Shown one piece after another: positions 1-14,170 of a DNA stretch of 64,000 nt (position 1 is its first letter; each line of letters begins with the position of its first letter). Source of the stretch: Vicugna vicugna (lineage: Eukaryota); assembly GCA_013265495.1 (NCBI GenBank), contig MU057865.1:186001-250000 (forward strand), given 5' to 3'. Below the pieces are notes generated by a model, which saw only the letters and a list, made by a program, of their open reading frames with translations, had not been told where the DNA came from and did no database searches. The position numbers and the translations under genes were made by a program.

Positions 1-1458
1 AGATGTGGTCCAAACAGGCGAGGGAGCTGGCCTGGAGCCACGTTAAATCCCAGAAAAGAAGGGCCAAGGGCGAGGCTGGAGTGTGACTGGTAGCGTGGGC
101 TCTGTGAGGAGGTCAGTGAGGCACGCACCTGAGACAGACACCCTGAAACACCCACGGGACCCAACGCCCCCCAAAGCTCTCCCGGGGCAGGTCCATTCAA
201 TTAACAACTTCCCAGCCTTCCCCCCATGCTCCCTCCCCGTTTCCCTACCATGAAGGGTCAGAAACCTACTTTAGCAAGATGGGGTAGCAGAGGTACAGAG
301 ACAAGGAGGGTAACAATCCCTCCCACTGTCCCCTTCACCCGCTGTGGGTTCTCGTCTACATCAGACTGTCAGAGGGTGCCTATCACAGCAAAGATAACAC
401 AACTGCAGAACTGAGGGAGAGCGGGAGGGAAGGACCTGGGTGGGGGGAATGGAGGGAGGGAGGGGAAGGGAGAAAGAAACACCCTTCACTCTACCATCAC
501 AGCCAGCACTCTGCAAAGCACAGAGAAGGGAGCAAAACCTTCTCAGAAATGAACCGAGAAAATCAGCGCTTAAGAGCTGCGTTTTTAGCAAGGGCACAAG
601 ATCCTAAAGCAACAACAAGTGTGATAAGAGCACCATGAGCTTAGCAAAGGAAAATAACCTAAACAGATCCAACACTGCTCCATCAGCCGCGTCGGTAAGG
701 GGGACCACCCATTCCACTAAGCACCCTTTATAATTTCTTACATATCAGTTACGCACAGTGAGGTGTAGGCAGTTTGCTATAGAGAGTGTAAATTCTGTCA
801 TTTGCAACAAATCCTTTGACTGAATGAGAGAATCTCTCTACTTATTGTTACACAGGGATTTCAGCTGTTGGTCCCCACCTTACCACCAGATCTGAGGTTT
901 CAATGGGCATGAAAGAACAAAATACTTAAGAGTGTCATGATGGGGTATCTCTGCCTGAGGGTGCAGGACAGCACTGGCCACAGAGGCAGCAACCAGATGG
1001 GAGGTTTGAATCAGGCACCCCAGGGAGAAAGGAGATGAAAGCCACGAGTCCAGCACTTTGTCTTGTGAGACACGATGGGCAGAGGAAAGCGTGAGAAAGC
1101 AAGGTTGGGGGGTGGGGGATCCTGATCTGCTTTAGAGAAAAGAGAAACCAAGCTAACCAAGCTAACAACGCCTTAATAACCCCTGACAGCGGCAAACAAC
1201 TGCAGCTCGATCTGAACAAATACTCAGAATATGACCATGGACGTCTGAGCAAGAGCATTCTTGTCTGCACCTCGTGGAGTTTTTCTGTTGTGGAGTCAGA
1301 GTCTCTGGGCGGCCAGCCAAGAACCTGATGTGTTGAATTGCACTGAGTGGGGCCTGACCACGGTGTCCCTTGACAAAAACAGCGTCTCAGCTGACAGTGT
1401 CTGAAGAGGGCAAATGAGCGGGACAGACGTTGTCCCCAACAGTAGACACAGGTACACG

Positions 1459-2056
1459 TGTTGGTGGCCATTAGGTTCTTGTCCCATTCCAGAAAGAATT
1501 CAGAGATACACATGGAGGTCAAGAAGTGGGGACTTATTAAAGGATGGATAGTACACTCCTAAGGGGAGGGCGGGCAGGCTCAGGTGAGCGGCTGCACTGA
1601 GTTTCTTTGGCAAGTTGGTTACATAAGGTGTAAAAAAGAATGTGTGGAATATTCACTGGGGAGGGAAGGGTTTGGGGTTGCATTTCCTGATTTTTATCCC
1701 AGCTCCACCTTCCTGAAGGCAGGAGGGAGTTTTGTCCTTACTGAGTCTGGATCGGAAGTGTCATGGCATCAGTACATGATGGGTACTTCTGATCTGCAAG
1801 GCTAATTTTATTGAAATTAGAGCATAATGAGCAAAAGGTTACATGCTGACACTGGAGATTCCTGCCTTTTACCACCTTTCTTTGCCTGCCCCCAGGCCAC
1901 TTGTCACCCCAAAGTGTGTGATCGCTTATCAGCCCAGAGGTTCCTGCTTTTCTCTGTCTGTCCCAGGACCCCTGTTGTTTACATGATGTAGGGTCTTGCC
2001 ATCTGGCCTGTGTCCTCCTTTCTCTGCTCACATCTAGCTATCTGCCTGCTCTAACA
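1459..2056 (-). mobile_element. ERV1-type solo LTR
   Basis: TG...CA termini, near 4-bp TSD (CACG/CAAG), about 600 bp, poly(A)-like signal near the minus-strand 3' end. Confidence 0.7.
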
Positions 2057-3446
2057 CAAGGGCCTGGACTTAAGTCTGAGTCATGGAAAACGAAGGGGTG
2101 AGGCAGCAGCTGGAGGAAGCGGGGTCTGGGTCCCAAAGAAGAGTTACATAGGTTCCAACTTTGTTAACTCCCCAACTTAGCGCGCCTTTGTCCTGACTAT
2201 GTTATGCAATGCTAAGAAGTTACAGCATCTTAATGTGTAGTGTGATAGCACAGATGCTTCACTAAAAACTTTTGCATCTCAAATTCTGCCTTGTCTTAAA
2301 TTAAGCGCTCTTATGTCCTTCCTAACCCACAGTTAGAGAAGCCACCCCCAAGCAAACTCTTTATGAAACTCTACCACTGACAGATAACATGCAGATTTTA
2401 AAACAAGGTTTCCCTAATCACCAGTTCTAATGGATATACATTCAATGTCTGTTCTAATGTTGTGAGCTTTTAATTCTCCAGTTTTTTTTTCAATCTCCCA
2501 TAGGGAACTTCATTATCAAGGTTTCAATCCATCCCATCACTGTAAGCGTGTTCTGATTCACTCCACAGAAAGTTGTCACTTCTACTTCGTCTTTTTTCTC
2601 TATTTGAACTTCCTAAGAAGCAAGTTCAAAATATCTGTCTAGGCTGTTCTGTTCTGTTTTGTTTCTTCCCTGTATTCAGCAATATTAAGCAGTTTATTTA
2701 GAGTCACAAACTTCTGGTAACTCTTGCTTAGAAAGAGAGCCCTTCCATCAGTCACATTCAAAGAGAAATGTGTCTCCAGTGACCCAAGTAATTCTGTAAG
2801 TACCTGAAGACAGGGCAATTGATACCTATTGTCCTACATGATTCTTGGCAGTTCCTCCTCCCTTTTCATTGTTGGCTTTTTTTTTTTTCTTTTTCAGTCT
2901 CTCATTCTAAATAATTTGTTTCAAATTGTTGCTGTGTTTTGTATTTATCTCAAAGTCAAGAGCAAGGTGACAAAGACAGTGGCCTCCACTCAAGGGGGTA
3001 ATGTTCGCCCCAGTTTATGACCCTTTCTTGTAGACTTGATGACATCATCATACCTTCCCCTGTCTCAAGTGTACTCACTTGTCCTTAACATATTCGAGGT
3101 CCAAGTCAACCATAGACGTTGAAATAGACTTTAAAAATCAACTATACATATATATTTTTAATTGAAATATAGTTGATTTTTGGTTTTTCAATAGTTTTAT
3201 TTTCTTAGCCCAAGGCAATGCCTTTTTACCGATATCTCTTAATTTAACTTTCCTTTCAAAATAAAATTTGTTTTAGTATTTAAGATACTGATGATCCAAA
3301 ACAGGTACAACCAAAAAAGCCCTACTCATTGCTTCTCCTTCCTCCTAAACACCCAGTACAAGGTGCCCTCCTTCTGGTGCCCAGATCTCTGCTTGTGCCA
3401 CTTCCTGTCATGATGCCCCTTTCCCCTTCACGAACCCAGCTCTTCC

Positions 3447-4001
3447 TGTTACCAAACTCAGATTCAGCTGCTCTCACCTTGAAGGCCAATGCTCGAAAGG
3501 CAAGCGTTGGTTGGAAAGGAAAGGTTGCTTTATTCAGATCAGCAGCCTGGGGAGAAGGCAGGCTCACGTCCAAAAACAAACTCCAAAGATTTTGCTTGAC
3601 CATGGAAATTTTAAAGAGAGAATCATTTGAGGAGGGGATCAGAATCATCCAGTGTGTGTAGATTTTCTTCTAATTGGTTGGTGGTGAGGTGCCAGGGTGG
3701 TGCAGGAATCCTGTGCTCAGCCTGAAGGTACAGCCCTCCCCCTGGGTGGGGGCCTTAGTTCCTGTAGAAGAAAGGTATTATTTATGTATATTCCTTGAGT
3801 AGAAACCTGGGACCCTGCTTTAATCACTATTGTTTCTTGATTGCTTCTGCATTCCCTTACTTCCTTGATTAGCAACTGTTTGCATCTGCCCTTTGGTCTT
3901 CAGAAAGTTCGGAAAGAAGCCTATTTCCTACAAACAAGAAGTAGGGGACATAGAAAGGCTTCTCCATCGAGGAGGGCCCCACAGGGACCTGCTTAGTTTC
4001 A
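3447..4001 (-). mobile_element. ERV1-type solo LTR
   Basis: TG...CA termini, perfect TTCC TSD (3443-46, 4002-05), AATAAA on minus strand; U5 end resembles the LTR at 49380-49855. Confidence 0.85.
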
Positions 4002-4105
4002 TTCCTACTTGCTATGTTGGTTGTGGTCAATTTTCTTCCATTTTTATACTTTATATTTTTTAATGCTTATGTTTCTCATAATTTTCTTATGGAAAACATG
4101 AGGAT

Positions 4106-4562
4106 ACATTTGCAGCAACATGGATGGACTTGAAGATTGTCGTATCAAGTGAAGTAAGCCAGAAAGAGAATGAAAAAATACCATACGGTATCACTTATAT
4201 ATGGAATCTAAAAGAAATGACACAAATGAACTTATTTACAAAACAGAAACAGACTCAGACATAAAAGGCAAACTTATGGTTACCAAGGGTCAGGGTGGAG
4301 GGATAAATGGGAATTCAGGACTTGTAGATACTAACTACTGGGTATAAAAGAGATAAACAACAAAGTCCTAGTTGTATAGCACAGATAACTATATTCAGTA
4401 TCTTGTAATAACCTATAATAAAAAGAATGTGAAAAGATATATATATGTGTGTATGTATATATATATGTGTGTGTGTGTGTATCTCTCTCTCTCTCTCTCT
4501 GAATCACTATGCTGTACACAAGAAATTAGAACAGTATTGTAAACTGACTACTTCAATTAAAC
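4106..4562 (+). mobile_element. L1 3' end (lineage-specific) with internal compound microsatellite
   Basis: tttgcagcaacatggatggac...aagtgaagtaagccagaaagag...gtaaactgactacttcaattaa; (TA)n(TG)n(TC)n at about 4437-4500. Confidence 0.85.
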
Positions 4563-7500
4563 AAAACCAAACCCTGAGCTTACATGATCATTACAAGAAT
4601 ATCAGAAAATGCAGACAAGCAAAATAATATAAAGAATAGCCAAGATGCCCACCCACCCAGAGTCACTTGCTGATAATACACTGATGAGTATCTCCTTTTA
4701 GATTATTCAATATGCACCTGTATTATTTTCTTCAAAACATGAAATTCAGTATTTTCTGTGACCTATTAAATTTATTTAAAACCCATCAGTTGTTAGACAA
4801 CTCTATCATACCAGTTTTTCTCCATTATAAACAGCACTTTGTAAGAAACATTTTAAAAGCAAAAAAGAAGAAAACTACTCAAATTCTGAGCAGAAAGAAA
4901 ATGCTAAAAGCCCCTTTTAACAGTCATCAGACTACCCCATAGTGCGTCTCAGTCACTGATACTAGAACATCCCAGCCAAAGGGTTTTGTTTTGCTTTGTT
5001 TTATTTTCACCGATTTTCATTTCAACCAAATTTCTTTCAGCCCAAATCATTTGGAAGCTCTGTGTCCCTGTGGGTCCTCACCTTCTCAAGGGGGCCTTCC
5101 CCAGGTCCCCCAGTTGACATCATCTTCCCCCTTCTGTAGACCACGTGTCTTGAGGTTAGGGTATTGGTCTCATCGCGTTCTGTTCTTCATTTTTTTTTTC
5201 CTATTCTCAGATTAATTCCCACAGGTTAGGGTCCTTTGCAGCTGGAAAGTGCTCAGCAAATGAACAAGTAAGTGGAAATAACTATAGATCACGTCTAATA
5301 ATATTGTCCACTATTCTTGAGTTTTTTTTTTTTTTGAAGCTGTTTTCCTGACCCAGTTTCATTTCCCCTATATTGGGTATAATTACATTAGTCAGGAGTC
5401 TCTCAGATAAAGGAGACAGAAAACCAATTCAAATTAGCTTAAGCAAAAAAGGCATGATTCATGGCTTCAAGTAACTGGGAAATACTTCTGGCATAGATAA
5501 ATCCAGGGGTTCAAATGATTCTCTCTCTTTCTCATATTTTCTCCCTTTCCCTTCCCTCCCTCCCTCCTCCTCTCCTTCCCTTTCTCTCATTTGCCTTTTA
5601 TTTCTCCTGCTCCAGTCAGATTTCCTTCAGGCCAAGAGGCTGTGGTCTGGGGTTGGGCCTGCAAGGTTGGGACTGCAGATCCACACACAGCACCAGGCTT
5701 GTGTCATCCCAGCCAGTAACCCCTGATATTATTTCTTATTAAATTTGGAGACTTCAGTCACCTTGTTTTCGAGCCAGGCTAAAACCTTAGAGTTTAACTC
5801 AATCCCTTTATTTTATGGATGAGGAAGCGGAATCTTCATCCATCATCAGGGAACCGACCAGCCGAGGGGAGGGCCTGCACCACTCTGGGGACCAGGAGCT
5901 GGTTGGGGAATGGGGAAGCCAACACATGGTTTCAGACTCACGCAAATTCCCCTGTGACTTGGAGCACTCAGTTCATCTCACTGGGCTTCAGTTTCTTCCA
6001 TAAAACACACAGTTTGGACTCCATGATTTCTAGTCATTTTTATGATTTCAAGCATTGCAATTATGGGTCATAAAAGATGAATTTGTTGGCTTCTTAAAAT
6101 CACTTGCCATTCTATAAAAACCTTATAAAAAGAAAATAGTGCTTTAAAAGGATTTTCACTAACAATAATCATTCTGCCCTGCATTTCATGGAAAACGGTG
6201 GAAAGGTCAATTAATGTGCAAAGAGATTGAAGATTCACAACTGTAAGAAATATGAGCAAAATTATTTAGCCCGGTGCTTAATTTATTCTCCAGATTCAAG
6301 TTGCTTGTAACTTTAAAAATTTAAAATCCCACTGATAAGGTCAAGATAAGTTCTGTGGGAAGATCTGTGGAAATGCTGTAGTAGCATGATAAATTTCAAC
6401 GTCAACATTCATTTTTAATCACCATTAAGTATTCTCAACTGAGCAGAGATATGTAGGGGGGAAATCTGAGAGTTAACTTTAGGAAAGTGGTAAGAATGTG
6501 GAGGCTGAGAGGATGGCCTTCTTTATCAAAAATATCCCCCCCAAAAGCAATGTAAACATTTTTTTGAAGTCCAAAGGAGATTTAGGACACAGGCACAAAG
6601 GTAACATATGTATAAACATATTTACAACTTGCTTGCTTTTTATTAGAGAGCCCAGGAGTGGGGTTGCAAAATGAGGTCATGAAAGAAGTTGAATGAACCA
6701 CAGATTGCATTTCATCGCTAAGCTTGATTCTGTAGTATGTGCCAAAAAAATTGGATTGGCTTTAACCTTGAACCGAGCTGATATTTGATTGACTGAAATA
6801 CTGAAAAGGGTCGGCTTCCCTGGTTGAACATGTGAACAATGAGAAGGCTGAAGTAAAATTTTAAATGGCTGAAAAAGACAACGGGATTTTTAACCATCAA
6901 AGGCAGCTTTCAGACTGTCCCATGTGCCAAACTGAACGAATCTGTGTTTCCACAATCCTAAGCAACTCGTCCCACCTGGAGGAGAACTCGGAGATGCGCT
7001 CAGCGAGGCTGATTTCATTGAATCAGGGAAAGCAGTTCCAGCAATAAGTTCCTGGCACCAGATTTGGAAAATCTTTCAATTCTGCAACCTCTAGTGACAC
7101 ATAACCCAGGACAAGACCATCATGAGGTTTATCACCCCAAGGCGTTCATTGTTCACTATTTTCCAGGAAAATGTCAAAGTCTGTAAGGCAAAGAAATCAC
7201 ACAAATCAAACCAAACAATGAGAAAAAAAATAACTACAAAAGTAATCTGTATACTGAATACGGCCAGGCATGGTGATGGCAACACTTCCAGAAAGTTCTA
7301 CTTACCTTCAGTTCCTAATGATGAGGAGTGAAGCATCGACGGATGCTCAAACCTCAAACTTAACCAACACAGCAGAATCATGTGAATGATAAATAGTAAC
7401 TGATCAAAAAAAAAGAGTAACTCATTACACGGTGCACCACTGTACAACTTATCCTACCAGGAGCTCTATGACAGCACACTGTGTGTGTCTTTTTCACCTG

Positions 7501-8212
7501 AACGTGCACTGCTAACACATTCCCCGCAGAGGATGCAATGCAAGGACTAAAAATCTGTCAAATGAATGAATTAGAAAAATATAGAACTAGAGAGGATCAC
7601 AGAATAATGGTGTCCTTTTTCAGACAGGGATTATTAAAAACATCCCAGAAAGAAAGCCTTCAAGATTTTCTAAGTCTTCAGTGAGACTGCACAAAAGACC
7701 CTTGGTACACACGTAGATGTAACCACCAAACAGTATTTCCAATGTGCAAATGGTGACACCAGTTTTCTTTAGACAAAGATGCTGCACGTGGCTCTCTGTT
7801 CAGGCCCCTTTGGGGTCCACCATTAAGTAGATTTTGAGACAGCAGGCCTCCTCCATCATTAGTAGCTTAAGGCGGCCATCATTCTCACTGCTTCCCATAT
7901 GCACACAGTTCATTCCAATGCCCAGGCCTCTCAATTGAACAATTTTTATTCTTTTTTCCTCAATGCTTTCTTAGCTATGCACTCACACTGCTCCATCCTG
8001 CACAGGAAATGTCAACACCCAAAAGTCCATTGTCTCTAAAATATAGGCTTCAACCATCCCAGTCCATAAATATTATCTCTTACCCTTCTAGCTCACCCAC
8101 TTACCCATGCCCACTAGAACATTTAAAATCTCTCAGGGACCTCCAATGCATTGACTTCACAACTTTCACAATCTACCCACTCTCCCGTATTACTCTTTGA
8201 GGAGCTTAGATA

Positions 8213-9035
8213 ACAGGCCAACAACAGGTACGTGAAAAAAGATGGTCAGCATCACTAATCATCAGGGAAATGCAAATCAAAATCACAATGAGATATCACC
8301 TCGCACCTGTCAGAATGCTCATTATCAAATGGACAAGAGATAAGTGTTGGCGAGAAGGTGGAGAAAAGGGGACCCTCATACACTGTTGGTAGGGCTGTAA
8401 ATTGGTACAATCACTATGGAAAACATTAGAGAGCTTCCTTAACAAATTAAAAGTAGAAATACCATTTGATCTAGCAATGCTACTTTGGGTATATGTCCAA
8501 GGCAGATGAAACTACTATCTGGTAGCCAAGAAATGGAAACAAACTGTGTCCATGGATGGATGAATATATGAAAAAATGTGATATGTCACACACACGCGCG
8601 CGCGCGCGCGCACACACACACAATGGAATATTATTTAGCTATAAATAAGGGATTTTGCCTTTCGTAACAACATGGATGGACCTTGAGGGCATTAAGCAAG
8701 TGAAAGAAGATGCAGAAAGCCAAATATTGTATGGTTATCCTTACATGCAGAATCTACAAAAAATGAACTCGTGGAGATAGGGAGTAGATGGGTGGTGGTT
8801 GCCAGAGAAAGGGGAGTGGGTGAAAATGATTGAAGGACGCAAACTTCCAGTTATAAGATGAATGAGCTCTGGGAATGCACACGGTGACCACGGTTCACCA
8901 TACTGTATTGTATATCTGAAATTTGCTAAGAGAGTAGATGTTAAAAATCCTCATCACACACACACACACATGATTGTAACCATGTGAGGTGCTGGATAGG
9001 ATAACTAACCTCATTGTGGCAATCATTTCACTTTA
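8213..9035 (+). mobile_element. L1 (L1MA/MB-like) ORF2 end and 3' UTR fragment
   Basis: catcactaatcatcagggaaatgcaaatcaaaatcacaatgagatatcacctc...; acaacatggatggaccttgagggcatt. Confidence 0.85.
8587..8622. repeat. (CA)4(CG)8(CA)6 microsatellite
   Basis: Read directly from the sequence. Confidence 0.95.
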
Positions 9036-9794
9036 TAATCTCTCCCTTCAAACCTCCTAGACTGTTCCTCCATCCCTCTCAAATAATAACCTATTCGACT
9101 GAAAAAATAAAAATGCAAATAAAAAATCCACCAAATTTATCAGCCTTGTCATGGCTTCTTCCCCCCTCCTCTTACAAATGTCTCCTGTTTCTGGGATGAT
9201 GTTTTCTCACCTTCTTGGAGATTTCACTCCACCCTCCTTTGCATAAACATTCTTCCTTGTGAAACGTCCCCATCATCTTAAGGCTCCATTATCATCTATG
9301 TTAGAAAATCCGTTTACCCAGCATCCTCTCTGTCGCCTCATGCATCTGCTCCTTTAATAGTCAGGAGAGCATTGCCAGCGATGATTGTCTCCAGTTCGGC
9401 ACGTACCGTTCACTCTACAACCCACTCCAGCCCGCTCTGCTTCTGCTGTTCCGCACAAATTGATGATCTTATCCACCTGCTTCCAAGAAACACAGGCTGA
9501 CAGGAAATGGAGATAATGCTACTTTACCAAACACAATGGCCATTTTCTCATTCCACGTCCTTGTCTCTAACATTCTTGTTGACCACCGCTTGGGTTTTGA
9601 GTCACTCTGCTAATTGGCTTGTATGTACACACCCACGTGCTCTCCTACTTCTCTGGCCATTTCATCTGTCTCTTTCGCCTGCTCCTTCCGCCCCATTCAA
9701 CCTCCAAACACAGACGTTTCTCACATGTCAGTCTTAGGTACCCACCCTCTGTTATCTTTTTAAAAATATTTTCTCCCTACATAATCTCACCAAC

Positions 9795-11260
9795 TTTTTA
9801 ATAACAGCTCTATTGAGAAGTAATTCACATACCGTAACACTCACAGAGCTGTCCCACCAGGGCCACTACATAATTTTGGAATATTAAAAGAAATGTCCAC
9901 TCATTAAGCACTCACTCCTCATCCCCTCCTTCCCCCATCCCTGGGCAGCCACCTCCCCCCACCCTTGGCAATTCATTTTCTGTCTTTATAGGTTTGAATA
10001 TTTCATATAAATGGAACCATATAATACATGGTCTTTTTCTAGCTGGCTTCTTTTACTTAGCATGTTCCAAGGCTCATCTGATGTAACATGTATCAGAACT
10101 TCATTCCCTTTTATTGATGAATAATTTCCATTATGTTACATATCACAATGATTTATTCATACATCCGTTTGTGGGTATGAGTTGTTTCAACTTTTTGGCT
10201 ATCAGAAATAATGCTGATATGAACATTTGTGTACAAATTTTTGTGTGGACATATGTTTTCACTTCTCTTGGATATATCTAGGAGAAGAATTGCCAGGTCA
10301 TATGGCAACTGTGTGTTTAACATTTTGAGAAAGTGCTGAACTGTTTTCCAGAGCAGGTTGAAACATTTTACAACCACACCAGCAATTCCAATCTTTCTAC
10401 ATCCCCATCAACAACTGTTATTGTCTATCTTTTTTTAAATTATTATTATTATAGCTTTCCTAGTGGGTATGAAGTGGCATCTTCTCACTGACTAAAAATG
10501 CCCATTTTTCAATTGTCATTTTATTGTTAAATTGTAAGTGTTCTTTATATATACTAGATACAAGACCATCATCAAATATACGATTTGCAAATACGTTCCC
10601 CGTTTCAGTGAGTTATCTTTTCACTGCCTTCATGGTGTACTTTCAAGCACAAAAGTTTTTAATTTTGATAAAGTTCAATTTATCTATTTTTTTCTTTGGT
10701 TGCATGTGGGTTTGGTTCATATAAAAAGCCACTGCTTAGTCCAAGGTCACAGGGTTAGCTCTTACATTGAGGTCAATGATGCATTTTGAATTAATGTTTG
10801 TGTATAGTGTGAGTTAGTTACAATTTCATCCTTTTGCATATGGCTCTCCAGTTGTCACAGCATCATTTGCTGAAGACTGTTCTCCCTCCCGTCCCCACTC
10901 CATGCCATTCAATTTTCTTAGCACTCTTCAAAAACCAACTGACTATAAATTATTTCTGAATTCTCAATTATATTCTGTTGATCTCTGTGCCTACCCTCAT
11001 GCCAATACCACATTATCTTGACTACTGTAACTTTGTAGTAAGTTTTGAAACCACAAAGTTTCTGTCTTCTAATTTCTTAAAAAAATGTTTGTGGGAGAGG
11101 AATTAGGTTTATTTATTTATTTAAATGGAGGGACTGGGGATTGAACCCAGGACCTCGTGCTTGCTAAGCACTCACTCCACCACTGAGCCATACCCTCCCC
11201 CACTTTCTAAATTTGTTCTTTTTCAAAATGTTCTGGACATTTTGGGTTACTTGCACTTCA
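9795..11260 (-). mobile_element. L1 (L1MB-like) antisense fragment, interrupted by a SINE
   Basis: ggatatatctaggagaagaattgccaggtcatatggcaact; atgaacatttgtgtacaaatttttgtgtggacatatg; ORF 10153..10377 resembles an L1 ORF2 C-terminus. Confidence 0.85.
11075..11201 (-). mobile_element. Vic-1-like tRNA-derived SINE
   Basis: Reverse complement reads GGGGGAGGGTATGGCTCAGTGGTGGAGTG...GGTCCTGGGTTCAATCCCCAG...AATAAATAAACCTAATT (A and B boxes). Confidence 0.88.
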
Positions 11261-11289
11261 TCAATTTTTATTCTTCAAATACCATCTCA

Positions 11290-12265
11290 TAACAGACAAC
11301 TCCCAAATTATGTTTCCCAAATCCTTTTCTGAAACTGTGACTCATACTGAAGCTATGTCTTCAATTGACAGCCCCAGCCCAGTGTCTCACAGCTGTCTCA
11401 AAGTGTCCAAACTAAACAGAAAATTCACCCCCATAACTCCCCCACCAAAGTCCCATTTCTTCTTCTGTCACCTGCACTTAATTACTATACGCATCCCTAC
11501 AGTTCACTCCATTGCTCATGCAAGAAACCCGAGTCATTCTTCATCCCTCTCTTCCTCCCTCCCAATCTATCGGCAAGTCCCATCCATCCATCTTCCAAAC
11601 CATCCTTCAAATGCGTTCGCTTGACCCCACATTCACTTTTAAAACCTCAATGTAAGCCCTCATAACTGTCTCCTAGATTACTGTAGATGTTCCTGAATTT
11701 CCCCTAAAGGTCCATTTTCTACACAAGAAAGAGTGACAATTGAATAACTTGTATTATTTTGGTTCCCTCCTTAAAAGTTTTTACTGATGTTCCTTTACAC
11801 TTTTGATCTTTTGATGGCTCACCTTGCTCACAGGTTCTAGACAAGCCAGCTTCTTTCAGTCTCCAGCACAAGGCAACGTTCTTCCTGGTTCGAGGTCCTT
11901 GCACCTGCTGTTTCTCTGACTGAAGTGCTCCTCTGTCACCCAGACTCCCTACTGTGTCACGGATAGATCCTCTGACCCATCTGTTCTTGGCTGAAGTACC
12001 AACTCCTCAGAGAACTTTTCCTTGGTGACTATATACCCAAATTAAGTTACTCTCATATCCTCCTTCACTGCACAGTTATTGCTTTCAACACATTTATTAC
12101 ACTTTATAAGTATTCATTTAATTGCTTATATGCTTGGCTATTGTCTGACTCTCTCATTAAGTTATAAGACCCATGCAGGTAGAAACTATGTCTGTCCTAT
12201 TCACCACTGTACCCTCAGTGCAAAGCACACAATAAATGCTCATTAAATCAGTATTTGAATAAATG
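11290..12265 (+). mobile_element. L2 fragment
   Basis: Ends ...tgtctgtcctattcaccactgtaccctcagtgc...aataaatgctcattaaatcagtatttgaataaatg, typical of an L2 3' end. Confidence 0.65.
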
Positions 12266-12974
12266 TCTCCTTCTTATCCACTTTCAAAAAAAATTAATAA
12301 GAGAACTGTTTCATAATGCTTAATATAAGCATTGTTACATGCCCTTTACATGGAATAATTTATTTAAACCTCACAACCTTATGAGGGAAATTCTATTATT
12401 GTCCCATTTTTTAAGAAAAGAAAATTAAACTGTGTTATAGAGAAGTTAAATAACTTTCTCAGTGTCCTCCAGGCAAGACACGCGCAAGCCTAGAGTTAGA
12501 ATGTAGGCACTCTGGCTCGGGCACCTATGTTTATAACCACTGTGCTACACCGATGTACCCCAGGAAGGAACGCGTCCTGTGGAGAAGAAGGGAGGGGACT
12601 TTTGGCTTGACTTAGGCAGCTGACGTCTTCTCTTAGCCCTGTCTCTGCACGCAAAGTTTGGAGAGAGCAGACGGAGCAATTTGCATGAGGATCTCAAAGG
12701 ATTGTGTTAAAAAAACAGTACCTTGTTGCAACTCCTCTCTGAGATTCAGAGATAAGGGAGGATTATGGGATAGGGGCAAGTGTCTCCTAAAAGCCCAATG
12801 ACAGGGAGGACAGTGAGGACCTCAGAGTAATGTATCCTTGAGGGAATCAAAGTTTAGGCTGGTGACCTAGGATCGGTGTAAGGCGGGTGGTTGAAGCAGT
12901 GAGCTCTTTCAAGTGCAGCTGTTGGTCCTCGGAGAAAATGACCCAACCCAGGAGTGTGTGAAGCTAAAAGAGGT

Positions 12975-13094
12975 GCAGGCGAATCAAAACCATAATGAGG
13001 TATCACTTCACACCTGCTAGGATGGCTTTTAACAAAAAGGCAAGAGACAACGATTGCTGGTAAGGATGTGCAGAAAAGGAAACCCTGTTGGTGG
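12975..13094 (+). mobile_element. Short L1 fragment
   Basis: aatcaaaaccataatgaggtatcacttcacacctgctaggatggct...gctggtaaggatgtgcagaaaaggaaaccc; homologous to 8275-8390. Confidence 0.8.
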
Positions 13095-13654
13095 CACGGT
13101 GGAAGCTCTCCCGAGCAGCGGACGGTGGCCGCTTGCAGCAGTTAAGTGGGCATTCCTAGCATGTATTCTGGGATGGGACACTAATTCCCCGCCTGCACCG
13201 AGAAGAAGAGTTACAACAGTCCCAGAGCATCGATCTGGCTTTCCTGTCGCACCTGGACGTGGCATCCTGTGGCGCTGGGCTGACTGTTAAAGACGTGCAC
13301 CCCCGCACCCGGGCCCACGGCTCCGCTCCGTGGGCGCCTCTCTGCCCCCTGCAGCACCTGGGCTGGAGGGGCCCCACCACCAGCCCCGGCAGGAAGCCAG
13401 GAAACGTGCACCGTGTCCGTTTCCCAGGGCTCGGGACAGCAGGCGTCTGCCAGGGGACCGGAGGCCCCATCACAGGGCAGCAGCTCCCGGGCAGGCAAAG
13501 GTGGCGACACCGAGGTGATGTCCAGGTGGACACGCGTGGGTGCACGTGGCCGAGAAAGCATCTCTTCGAGGTGTCTCAAGCCACATCTGCCTGGTTCCCG
13601 TGAGATGGGACAGCCGTTGTCACCTGGCCTTAGACTTCGAGTTGCTTCGGATCT

Positions 13655-14170
13655 CTTTTTAAAACTGGTGTTATTGAGATACACCGAATGTCATAAACAG
13701 AATTCTATGGTTTTTAGTCAATATAGCTGTTCAACCATCACCAAAATCCCGTTTTAGAATATTTCCATTATTGCATCAAGTTCCCTCAGCGTCCCTTAAC
13801 ATTCAGTTCCCATTTTCACCCCCAGCTCCTGGCAGCCTCTGATCTGCTTTCTGCCTCTGAAAATTTACCTCTTCTGGTTCACGGAAGCTTACAACACGTG
13901 GTCTAAGCGTCTTTTCTGTGTCTGGCATCTTTCACTTGGCATAGTATTTTTGAGGTTCATCCATATTGGGGCAATGTAAGTAGTTCCTTTTTAGCGATGA
14001 GTCGTGTTCTGTTGTATGAGAATACAGATTCTGTCTGGCCATTCATCAGCGGATGGGCATTCGAGTTGTTCCGCTTTGTGGTTATTATGAATCATGCTAG
14101 GAGTAAGTCTTCTGTGGACACATTTTCATTTCTTTTGGGTAAACACCTAGGGGTGGAAATGCAGCTTTGT
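13655..14170 (-). mobile_element. L1 3' end, antisense (old L1M)
   Basis: caaccatcaccaaaatcccgttttagaatatttcc; ttttgaggttcatccatattg; tcatttcttttgggtaaacacctaggggtggaaatgc. Confidence 0.8.

Noticed and set aside
414..472. G-run tract (potential G-quadruplex)
   Set aside because: Low-complexity purine tract with no promoter or transcript context; common in mammalian DNA.
935..1522. Longest ORF in the track (195 aa, minus strand)
   Set aside because: Starts inside a solo LTR, has no recognisable domain, and its composition fits a chance ORF.
13029..13757. Cluster of overlapping ORFs on both strands
   Set aside because: Expected from high GC content (few stop codons); no recognisable protein in any frame.
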